From NCBI GenBank assembly GCA_910577845.1, contig CAJTNA010000003.1:72229-136228 (forward strand): a stretch of 64,000 nt of DNA, given 5' to 3'. Positions 38,861-47,289 of this stretch are shown piece after piece (the stretch's first letter is position 1; each line of letters begins with the position of its first letter). A program made the translations under genes and the position numbers. This stretch comes from an uncultured Christensenella sp. (lineage in GTDB: Bacteria; Bacillota; Clostridia; Christensenellales; UBA3700). A model generated the notes under the pieces. That model did not search any database and was not told the DNA's origin. It saw only the letters and a list, made by a program, of their open reading frames with translations.

Positions 38861-38966
38861 TATCATATGCCATAAACAAATAGCCCTTAGAGGGATTTGC
38901 TAGCAAATGATGACAATTGATAATTTAAAGTGCAATAGATTAACAATTAAAAATATCATTAAACAA

Positions 38967-38999
38967 AAACCTACTCTTTAATTGAGTAGGTTTTGTATT
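38967..38999 (+). terminator. intrinsic terminator of the M60-like protease gene
   Basis: AAACCTACTC (38967-38976) pairs with GAGTAGGTTT (38984-38993), followed by TGTATTT. Confidence 0.7.
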
Positions 39000-39165
39000 T
39001 ACTTTACCTTTATTTAAAACCTATATACTAAAATATATATGACCTTTATACTTATAAAAATTTTAATGTTAAAATTAATAGCATTATTAAGTGATTAACT
39101 TATTATACTTAAACTTTAAAAAAATTCAAAAGTAATAAAGTCTCTTAGCTTTTTTATTAATATCA

Positions 39166-39340
39166 AAAACTTTACTATCAAATCAACTCATTAAGAAAAT
39201 TAATTATAAACTAGTTTACGTTAAAAGCATTTTTATAACATATTAAAACTTTACTTTCAAATCAACTCGTTAAGAAAATTAATTATAAACTAGTTTACGT
39301 TAAAAGCATTTTTATAACATATTAAAACTTTACTTTCAAA
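39166..39340. repeat. 79-bp tandem direct repeat, 2.2 copies, each full copy carrying the palindrome TAAACTAGTTTA
   Basis: Unit starts at 39166, 39245 and 39324 (period 79). Copies 1 and 2 differ at 2 positions. The 12-bp perfect palindrome lies at 39207-39218 and 39286-39297. Confidence 0.9.
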
Positions 39341-39723
39341 CTAATGTATACTAAAATTATAAAACACAGAATATCCAATAATTTTAAACAATATAAGACA
39401 TATAATTTTCTATCTAAAACCCTAAGCAAGCAGTCCGTATATATAATCATACACTATTTGAATATTTTTGCATTTTTACCAATTTTCAGTTAATATTTTA
39501 CTAATATAAATATCTATAGTAAAAGCTTTTAAATCACTATCGTAATAGCAATAATAATTCTGCATTTCACTTATTAAATAATTAATTATAAATGCTTTTA
39601 ATTTTAAAATTGTAACAATAAATAGCAAAAGCTTATTTCATTTTTGTAATATTTAATAGTAAAGACTTTTCGTTTGTTTATAAAAACACTCAATATCAGA
39701 ATATTTTTACACAGTATTTAACG

Positions 39724-40008
39724 GCAAAGCTTTTTTGCTAACATTATAATAAATCGTAAAGTTTTTTACAAAACTTAATTGTAGAATCTTTTATTATTTT
39801 TATACAAATAACTTATAAAGCTTTTTATAAAATAATATAATGTTAAAGTAATTCAATAATCAACTGCAAAGCTTTTTTTTTGCTAACATTATAATAAACA
39901 GCAAAACTTTTAGCAATGCTTAATAACGATTTTTTTATTATGTCGATACAAATAACTTATAAAAGCTTATTTTTAACAATATAATACTAATAAATTTGAT
40001 AAACAACT
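39724..40008. repeat. ~142-bp imperfect tandem duplication in non-coding DNA
   Basis: GCAAAGCTTTTTTGCTAACATTATAATAAA...ATACAAATAACTTATAAAGCTTTTT...CAACT at 39724-39865 is repeated with substitutions and indels at 39866-40008. Multiple AAAGCTTT palindromes are present. Confidence 0.75.
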
Positions 40009-40171
40009 CAAAAACATTGTTTTTTAATAATAAACATAAACAAGAAAGTCTACTAATGTTTCTTTTACTAAAAGTATGGATTACCATCAGTTGCTAGCCA
40101 AAATCCATATTTGCAGTATGTCTTGTTTGCTTATGGCTTACGTTATTTTGATTTTTATATAACCATAGATT

Positions 40172-40300
40172 CAGTGTTTTTAATGCTAAAGTCAGCTTTA
40201 AAATTATTAATACCTTCAATGCTTTTATCATCTGCTTGATAGTTAAGTATTACCCCAGTTCTTTCATTTTTTGCTATATTTTTAAGTTTGATTCCCCTAA
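40172..40300 (-). pseudogene. truncated, stop-interrupted paralogous fragment of the lipoprotein gene 40455..41960
   Basis: 40172-40290 aligns by eye at roughly 80% identity with 41663-41780 (offset 1491). The minus-strand translation '..KNIAKNERTGVILNYQADDKSIEGINNFKADFSIKNTESMVI*' aligns with the intact 'KNVTKNKRTEVMLNYQADDKSIDGVNNFKANFSVKHT'. There is no start and only about 50 codons. Confidence 0.65.
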
Positions 40301-40345
40301 ATATATGACACCCAAAAATATTTAGCGGTTGATGTAAAACTAATC

Positions 40346-40380
40346 AAAAATAACGAATAGTTACCTACTCGTTATTTTTT
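40346..40380. terminator. terminator hairpin downstream of the lipoprotein/GPH operon
   Basis: AAATAACGAATAG / CTACTCGTTATTT stem with a 4-nt loop. One position is a G-U pair on the minus-strand RNA. It is flanked by an A-run and a T-run. Confidence 0.6.
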
Positions 40381-40454
40381 GTTTAATGTCATTAAGTTTA
40401 TGCTTTAATTATTAATTTTATAATTTGAAACATATAAGTTATTTAGCTTTTTAA

Positions 40455-41960
40455 TTACTCAGACTTTTCCTCTGTATCAGTTTTTTTAGCTTTTGACTTT
40501 GTTGCTTTTATAGGTTCTTCAGCCTCTGCTTTTACCTCTTCTGCAACCTCCGCTTTTGCATTATCCTCTGTTGTTGTCTCAAGTTCTTTTATATCATCTG
40601 CATTAGTATCAATAACCTCTGCATCAATAATTGTTTCATCACTGCTATCATTACCAATTAAAGCGTTTATCTTTCTAGTTAATTCCTTATTTTGTTTTTT
40701 AATCTTTAATAAAGCAAACAATGCAAGTAACAATGCGATTACTGCTACAATTGCAGCTACCATAGGAATCATACTCATCATATCTTTCTTTTTAGTAATA
40801 TTCTTAGTTTGGATATAAATTGATTCGTCTGCTAAATATTCATTTCTATCATCTTTAATTTCTTTAACGATATTTCCGTCCTCATCAAGCACAACCAATC
40901 TTATCAAAACCTCTGTGTACTCATATGCCCAGTTTACAGCAGATTCAACAGTTGTAATTACATAAGAATATTCAACCTCGTTTCCGTCCTCAACTACAAC
41001 AACTTTCTTATTAGATAATTCTACTGGGTCAATAGTTTCACCAAATATCATTTCACCATCAGAATCTTTTGTATATAGTACTAACAAGCCATCGCTTCTA
41101 TCACTGAATACATTAATAATGTTATCACTATTATCAAAGTTATCATAATTAGGGATATCAATCTTTGGACCTTGATACATTACATCTAAAGTGTAAGTTG
41201 CATCAGCAGATGAGATTGACATAATTCTTGAAACTTTTTTATCAGTGTAAATTTGAACGCTCAATGCACCTTTACCAAAGTAGTCGTGATTCTCATTAAT
41301 AACCTCAATAACATAAGTAGTAACCTTACCTTGTTTCATACTACCTTTATCAATTTTAATGCCATTAACTTCGTCACCTTTGTTGACTATTTTAACATCA
41401 CTTGCAGTTAAACTACGCAAAGGATTTAAAGCGTTTTTAATAGTATAATCACTGAAATTTCTGCCTAATGGATTTGTGTAAGCATTCATTTCATCAATAG
41501 TGATTGGTCTACTAGTTCTTGTAAATGCTGGAGCAGTAGATTTTAGTTTATAGTTTTCAAAAACATATAATTTATAATCACTTGGATTTGCATTTTTAGC
41601 TTTAATATTCTTAGGTAGTGAATTACCAAAAATGAATGAATCAGTATATTCAGTAATACCTACAGTATGTTTAACGCTAAAGTTAGCTTTAAAGTTATTT
41701 ACTCCATCAATGCTTTTATCATCAGCTTGATAGTTAAGCATAACCTCTGTTCTTTTGTTTTTAGTTACATTTTTAGGGTCAGTATCTATTCTTTCCCTAA
41801 CATAATAAGTTTCATAAGCTTCGGAGTTTGCAATAGCATCTTGGAAAACTTTTATAACATCTGTATCAATATCATTAACTTGGATATTTGAACAACCTAC
41901 AAGTACCATAGATAGCAAACAAATAACAGCCATTACAGCAACTAAAATTTTCTTTTTCAT
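40455..41960 (-). CDS. lipoprotein with additional C-terminal TM anchor and charged tail (no family recognised)
   Basis: 501-aa ORF with an AAGGAGG RBS. Signal peptide plus lipobox 'LSMVLVGCSN'. C-terminal TM 'MIPMVAAIVAVIALLLALFALL', then a K/E/A/T-rich tail. Its ATG overlaps the stop of the upstream transporter (ATGA). Confidence 0.75.
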   Translation of the reverse strand: MKKKILVAVMAVICLLSMVLVGCSNIQVNDIDTDVIKVFQDAIANSEAYETYYVRERIDTDPKNVTKNKRTEVMLNYQADDKSIDGVNNFKANFSVKHTVGITEYTDSFIFGNSLPKNIKAKNANPSDYKLYVFENYKLKSTAPAFTRTSRPITIDEMNAYTNPLGRNFSDYTIKNALNPLRSLTASDVKIVNKGDEVNGIKIDKGSMKQGKVTTYVIEVINENHDYFGKGALSVQIYTDKKVSRIMSISSADATYTLDVMYQGPKIDIPNYDNFDNSDNIINVFSDRSDGLLVLYTKDSDGEMIFGETIDPVELSNKKVVVVEDGNEVEYSYVITTVESAVNWAYEYTEVLIRLVVLDEDGNIVKEIKDDRNEYLADESIYIQTKNITKKKDMMSMIPMVAAIVAVIALLLALFALLKIKKQNKELTRKINALIGNDSSDETIIDAEVIDTNADDIKELETTTEDNAKAEVAEEVKAEAEEPIKATKSKAKKTDTEEKSE

Positions 41961-43699
41961 TGTTTGCCTCCTTCGCTATCCTCTTTAGCAATTTCCACAT
42001 TTGATTCTATTTTTTCATCCGCACTCTCATTAACAGCGTTAAGTTCGCCAGTTACTTGAGCAGTATCATTAATAACATCTACAGTAGGAACACCGCTTTC
42101 CACATCATCGTTAACTGGAACTTCAACTTGTTCACCTGCAGTTGCTTTTTTGTTTTTGTTTTTCTTTTTAGCTTCTCTCTTAGCTTCTTTTTCTTTATCC
42201 TTAGCTTCTTGCTCGTCAAGGTCTTTTATTTTTTCATCATATTCCTCTTGAGAAATATCACCTGCCTCTAAATCTGCTGTTAAGGTACGTTTTTGCAAAT
42301 CACGCATCATACCACGCAATTTCTTTTCGCTCAAATCGTAAAATAACATTGGAACACAACAAGCTAAACCACCAATCAAGCTTATAATAGCCAAAATCTT
42401 AATTAAGTTGCCTCTAAATGATGCCTCATACAATACATCATAGTTTGTTAGCAAACCATAAGACTCAGTAACTGCTGGAATAACGAAACCAGTTGCCATA
42501 CCTACAACGGCTGTAACAATACTTATGTTACCAAAGAAACCATCCATTCTTTTTCCAGTTTTCCATTGGTGATAGTCAAGTATATCAGCATTGATAGCTG
42601 GACCTGTAATGATTGAAGTTGCGTTTACAGCATTTGCAATGTAAATTAAAACAAATGTAACATAGAAGCTTGCACCGCTAAAGAAAGTCAAACCATATGC
42701 AATTGCTAGTATAAAGTTAGCACCGATATTCAAATTTCTCTTTCCTATAAACTTTACCAATATTGGTGCTCCAACCATACCTATCAATGATGCAGTACCC
42801 ATTAAAGTAGTAAGTAAGCCCATCAACACACCATTTTGTAATTGATAGATAAATATCCAGTTCAAAATTAGTACAGATGCATTTCTTGCAAACAATAACA
42901 TTTGTTGTATATTATAAAGCCATAAATATTTATTACTTAATGCACTTTTTACACCTTCCATAAAAGGAATTTTTTCTGTATTAGTTTTCTTTTGTACCAC
43001 CCTTTCTTTTGTACCAAAATATGCAAAGAAAGTAAGTAAAACACCTAAAATACCAAATACTGGGAACAATAGACGATAAATTTTGATATCAATCATTGTA
43101 CCGCCAGCTAGTTCAGCAATTACTGGGAAGAATAAACCTGTCAAGGTTGGAGCCATTGAGTAAATAATTGAACTAATTGAAACAATAGTTGTTCTTTCCT
43201 CACTATTAGGGCTTATAACTTGTACCAAGTTCATATATGCAAGATATAACAATTGATTATAGAAAATATTAATCAAAGTAAATCCTACCATAATCAATGC
43301 AAACTTAGTAGTATAATCTGCAGTTAGTGGTATGTAAGCCATTGCAATTGAAATTGCAGCAGCAGGTATAGACGACCACAAAATAATAGGTCTATATTTA
43401 CCTTTTTTACTCTTTGTATTGTCCATTAACATACCTCTGAATGGTACAATTAATAAAGACACTAAAACACCAACAACAGCAATAATCTGCATATGCGATG
43501 GAGTTATACCATATACTGAGCCAATCAACAAACTACCTGCTGACATTGCGATGTAGCCTACTACAGCTGCTATAAATTGAACACCAATACCACCAATACT
43601 ATAGGCAGCCATTTCCTTGATGCTCACATAGTTGCCTTTCGCAGGTTTACTCCATTGCGAAGTAACCCACTTAATCTTTCCTTTTAAGTCAAGCTTCAT
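41957..43699 (-). CDS. glycoside-pentoside-hexuronide (GPH) family sugar:cation symporter with ~110-aa charged C-terminal extension
   Basis: 12-TM protein. The loop 2-3 motif 'RGMLMDNTKSKKGKYRPIILW' resembles the GPH/MelB signature. I prefer the ATG at 43699 (MKLDLKG..., RBS GGAAGGAAG) over the track start at 43738. Confidence 0.75.
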   Translation of the reverse strand: MKLDLKGKIKWVTSQWSKPAKGNYVSIKEMAAYSIGGIGVQFIAAVVGYIAMSAGSLLIGSVYGITPSHMQIIAVVGVLVSLLIVPFRGMLMDNTKSKKGKYRPIILWSSIPAAAISIAMAYIPLTADYTTKFALIMVGFTLINIFYNQLLYLAYMNLVQVISPNSEERTTIVSISSIIYSMAPTLTGLFFPVIAELAGGTMIDIKIYRLLFPVFGILGVLLTFFAYFGTKERVVQKKTNTEKIPFMEGVKSALSNKYLWLYNIQQMLLFARNASVLILNWIFIYQLQNGVLMGLLTTLMGTASLIGMVGAPILVKFIGKRNLNIGANFILAIAYGLTFFSGASFYVTFVLIYIANAVNATSIITGPAINADILDYHQWKTGKRMDGFFGNISIVTAVVGMATGFVIPAVTESYGLLTNYDVLYEASFRGNLIKILAIISLIGGLACCVPMLFYDLSEKKLRGMMRDLQKRTLTADLEAGDISQEEYDEKIKDLDEQEAKDKEKEAKREAKKKNKNKKATAGEQVEVPVNDDVESGVPTVDVINDTAQVTGELNAVNESADEKIESNVEIAKEDSEGGKQ

Positions 43700-43883
43700 A
43701 ACTTCCTTCCTTTCCTTTATTTTAATTAAAATTCTCATTTTAACTATATAAATGTATTATATCATTATTTTTCGACATTGTAAATATTTTCCTAAAAAAT
43801 TTACATATTTCATACAATAATAATACAAAAACAATACATATCAACAGCCATAATTTTTCTAGCATAAAATTATGCCTAATAAA

Positions 43884-45461
43884 TCAAATTTTATTGTACT
43901 TTTCAAACTCGTGATTTTGATTTTTTTGCCAGTTTAGCCAAGCTTTTGATTTCCTACCCCAGTTTTTAAAACCTCTTACAAGATAAGCATCTCGTTTAGC
44001 ATACACTATATTTTTAGCATCCATAATTTTCATTTGAACGGGCAATCTACTTTCAAAATCTGCAAAGTTTTTATTTTCTTTACTAGTCCAGTTAATCTCA
44101 CCTAAAGCTTGCATTCTTGGATAAATATTAAATTGCAATTTTTCTTTGCATCTTACATACTCTGTCCAAAGCGGTGCTTCAATACCCAAAACTTGACTTT
44201 CGTACTTTTCACTAAGTCCCATCGTATACAAATCAACAGAATAGTATTTCTTTAAGTCTTTCATATCATAACAGTGGTCCATATACAAATAAGGTTCAGG
44301 TGTCAAGATTACTTTGTTTCCTTTAGCAAGCCATTTGTCTACACCACTAGCTTTTGCAGAGTGTATCCACCATTGAATGATAGTTTCGTCTGAAAGTTCT
44401 GTTGCCTTTAAAATTTCATTCCAACCTATCATATATTTATTTTTAGTCTTTAAATACTCCAAAATTTGGTTGTTGAACCAACCTTGCAACTCTTCCTCAC
44501 CTTTCAAACCAAGTTCCTTAATTTTTGCTTGACACTTAGGACAATTTTTCCATTTTTTCTTTGGAACTTCGTCACCGCCAATATGGAAATACTCATAAGG
44601 GAATAACTCTGCTAATTCGTCAATAATATCTTTAACAAACGGCATTAACTTATCACCGCCTACGCAACCAATATCGTCTAAAATACCCCAACGTGGGAAC
44701 ACATCAATCTGCTTACCCTCACAAGACAATTCTGGATAACAATGTATAGCTGCGACCAAATGCCCAGGCATATCTATCTCTGGCATTACCTCAATATGTA
44801 AATTCTTTGCATATTCAATAACCTCTTTAACTTGTTCTTGAGTGTAATACAAACCATCACCATACTCTTTTTCTTCCATAACTCCGCCAGCAAGCATAGT
44901 AGCTTTTCTTACAGCACCTCTTTGAGTAAGTAATGGATATTTTTTAATTTCAATACGCCAACCTTGGTCATCTGTCAAGTGCCAATGGAATACATTAAGC
45001 TTATTTAATGCCATCATATCCAAACACTCTTTAATAGTATCCATAGTTGAAAAATGTCTTGCAATATCAAGCATAAATGCTCTTCGTTTAAATCGTGGCT
45101 TATCCTCTATATCGCAACAAGGTATACTAACATCACTTACACCTCTTAAAGTATCTACACTGCAGATTTGCCTTAAAGTTTGCACTGCGTAAAAAGCACC
45201 CGCCTCGCTACTTGCGTAAATAGTGATTTGATTTTCTGCAACATTTAAAATGTATCCCTCTTTATCAAGGGTATTATTCATTACAAAGTTAATGTCGCCA
45301 TTTCCACTTACAACACTAGCCTCAACGCCACTTTTTGAAAAAATTTCAAGCAGTTGCATTTTTGTTTTTTCAAACTCACCACCTATTTTAGTAGAAAAAG
45401 TATATTTAAACTCCCCAGACATTTCTACTAACTTTAATGGTCTTGGAATAATTGATATCAT
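43884..45461 (-). CDS. beta-N-acetylhexosaminidase (GH20), no signal peptide
   Basis: 525-aa ORF with an AAGGAG RBS. 'LNVFHWHLTDDQGWRIEIKKYP' and the catalytic 'FHIGGDEV' (D-E pair) are typical of GH20. Confidence 0.9.
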   Translation of the reverse strand: MISIIPRPLKLVEMSGEFKYTFSTKIGGEFEKTKMQLLEIFSKSGVEASVVSGNGDINFVMNNTLDKEGYILNVAENQITIYASSEAGAFYAVQTLRQICSVDTLRGVSDVSIPCCDIEDKPRFKRRAFMLDIARHFSTMDTIKECLDMMALNKLNVFHWHLTDDQGWRIEIKKYPLLTQRGAVRKATMLAGGVMEEKEYGDGLYYTQEQVKEVIEYAKNLHIEVMPEIDMPGHLVAAIHCYPELSCEGKQIDVFPRWGILDDIGCVGGDKLMPFVKDIIDELAELFPYEYFHIGGDEVPKKKWKNCPKCQAKIKELGLKGEEELQGWFNNQILEYLKTKNKYMIGWNEILKATELSDETIIQWWIHSAKASGVDKWLAKGNKVILTPEPYLYMDHCYDMKDLKKYYSVDLYTMGLSEKYESQVLGIEAPLWTEYVRCKEKLQFNIYPRMQALGEINWTSKENKNFADFESRLPVQMKIMDAKNIVYAKRDAYLVRGFKNWGRKSKAWLNWQKNQNHEFEKYNKI

Positions 45462-45560
45462 AATTTTCTCCTTCTAAAATATATTTGTTTTTACTTTTTA
45501 CAAACTTAAATTGCTTATCAATAAAAATCTTTTTAGTACCGATTTTTGATTGTTTTATTA

Positions 45561-47027
45561 TTAAATATCCATAATATTAGACTTAATTTCCTCTTTACTT
45601 GGTTTGTTATCCCCGTGTTTTACAAACAGCATAACAATAAATGCAAGCAGTATACAAACAGATGCAAAAGCAAACATTACATTATCACCTATTTTATCCA
45701 TAAACAAACCTGCAAAAAATGGTGCTACAGCTTGAGCCGACATTGATGCCACATAATAATAACCAGTATACTTACCTACATTACTGCCTTTTGACATTTC
45801 ACAAACCATTGGCAGAGTGTTTACATTAACTATAATTAATCCTATGCCAGCAAGCACAAAACATATTCCAACTATATAATTTGTTTTTGCAGTTATAAAT
45901 AGACAAGGGAAAAAAGCTATACTAGCCAAAGCAAAGCCTATTAAAGTGGATTTTTTCCTGCCAATTTTGCCCGACAAAAGCCCAACAGGGATAAGTGCCA
46001 ACGCACCTCCCAAGCCATTAGCAAAATTTATTAGTCCAACACCAGAGGAACTCATTAACAATTTATCTGTAACATAAACGGACAAATGCGACCTTACAGC
46101 ATTGTATCCCATAAACCAAAAGAAAATAGATGCAAGTATTAACAACAAGCTAATTAGCTTTGCTTTAGAAAGTTTTTCTTCTCCAGAAAGTTCTTCCTCG
46201 TCAATAACATTCCATTTTGACTCTTCTTCATAACGAAGTTTAACAAATTTATTTTCGTTTACAAGCAACATATAGATTGCAAGCAAAACATACATAAACA
46301 TTACTAGCAACAAAAACAAAGTAATAAAAGAGCCATAGTCAGGTGCGAATAAACTATATAAACCTATAGAGATAAATCCGCCTATACCACCCATAAAATT
46401 CATTATCGCATTTGCACCAGACCGCAATGGTTTTATAGTGACATCTGGCATAAGTGCTACCACTGGTGCACGGAATGAAGACATAGTTACTAACAGCACA
46501 AACAATACAGTTATAAATAATGCAATTGAGGTTGGATGAGCAAGAGTATTTGCAAGTGCCATTTTTACCTGAGCTTGATGAAAATCGATACTAAATTGCT
46601 CAAACATAGGATTCTCAGCTGTAATGCCCTGATATATAGGGTCAAGATATTTGCTATCTAGATAGCCTTTTGAAACTAATGTATCAATGCTTTTAACACC
46701 ACTATCTACAAGCTTATTAAATTCCGCATTTTCAATGCCAATCAATAACATTACAAGAATGCCAGCAAGTAAAGTTCCTATAACAATAAAGGGGGTACGC
46801 CTTCCAAATACTTTACCTTTTGACTTATCTGATAAGCTACCAAAAAAGGGCAATAGTACAATTGCCAAAATATTATCCAAGCCCATTATAAAGCCACGCC
46901 AAGTCGCAGATAAACCATAAGTTCTATCCAATAATATAGGTACAGCAAAGTCATATACTTCCCAAAAAAGCATAACAATCACAAACGCTATTCCCACTTT
47001 AAAAATTCTGGCTTTATCTAGTTTCAT
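45561..47027 (-). CDS. MFS-type transporter (SLC45/GPH-like glycoside transporter)
   Basis: 488-aa ORF with 12 TM spans. 'FFGSLSDKSKGKVFGRRTPFIVIGT' matches the D-x-x-x-x-GRR-x-P-F motif of sucrose/glycoside:H+ symporter-like MFS proteins. It has a large central loop. Confidence 0.75.
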   Translation of the reverse strand: MKLDKARIFKVGIAFVIVMLFWEVYDFAVPILLDRTYGLSATWRGFIMGLDNILAIVLLPFFGSLSDKSKGKVFGRRTPFIVIGTLLAGILVMLLIGIENAEFNKLVDSGVKSIDTLVSKGYLDSKYLDPIYQGITAENPMFEQFSIDFHQAQVKMALANTLAHPTSIALFITVLFVLLVTMSSFRAPVVALMPDVTIKPLRSGANAIMNFMGGIGGFISIGLYSLFAPDYGSFITLFLLLVMFMYVLLAIYMLLVNENKFVKLRYEEESKWNVIDEEELSGEEKLSKAKLISLLLILASIFFWFMGYNAVRSHLSVYVTDKLLMSSSGVGLINFANGLGGALALIPVGLLSGKIGRKKSTLIGFALASIAFFPCLFITAKTNYIVGICFVLAGIGLIIVNVNTLPMVCEMSKGSNVGKYTGYYYVASMSAQAVAPFFAGLFMDKIGDNVMFAFASVCILLAFIVMLFVKHGDNKPSKEEIKSNIMDI

Positions 47028-47244
47028 TACATTTCCTAATTTAAAGATTAAAGATATTATTTTTTATCAAAAGCTGTCAATATGCCTAAAAAAATTAGTC
47101 TGCTATTGCTATAATAGGTACACGGATAGGTATTTTCAATACTATTCTAGTCAAGCATATTGTACCAGCAAAGAAAATTTTAATGCAAGTTTAAAGTTAC
47201 TTTTAATAATTTTCATTATACAATAATTTATATATAAAGTCAAC

Positions 47245-47276
47245 ACAAAAAAAATTGCTTCCTATAAGAAGCAATT
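47245..47276 (-). terminator. intrinsic terminator downstream of the OB-fold protein gene
   Basis: AATTGCTTC (47253-47261) pairs with GAAGCAATT (47268-47276). On the minus strand it is followed by TTTTTTTT. Confidence 0.7.
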
Positions 47277-47289
47277 AGTTTTTTATGTA

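Noticed and set aside
38886-38900. An 11-nt match (AGAGGGATTTG) to the T-arm region of tRNA-Ser. I considered it as a possible att remnant delimiting a 10-kb island from 29.0 to 38.9 kb.
   Set aside because: The match is too short. It lies on the 5' side of the tRNA gene rather than beyond its 3' end, where displaced att copies are expected, and on the opposite side from the recombinase gene. It also does not include the tRNA 3' terminus.
39166-40008. Considered whether the repeats in the 38.9-40.4 kb gap form a CRISPR array.
   Set aside because: The units are 79 bp and ~142 bp and directly abut each other without unique spacers. There is no 24-40 bp repeat alternating with similar-sized spacers, and no cas genes are in the window.
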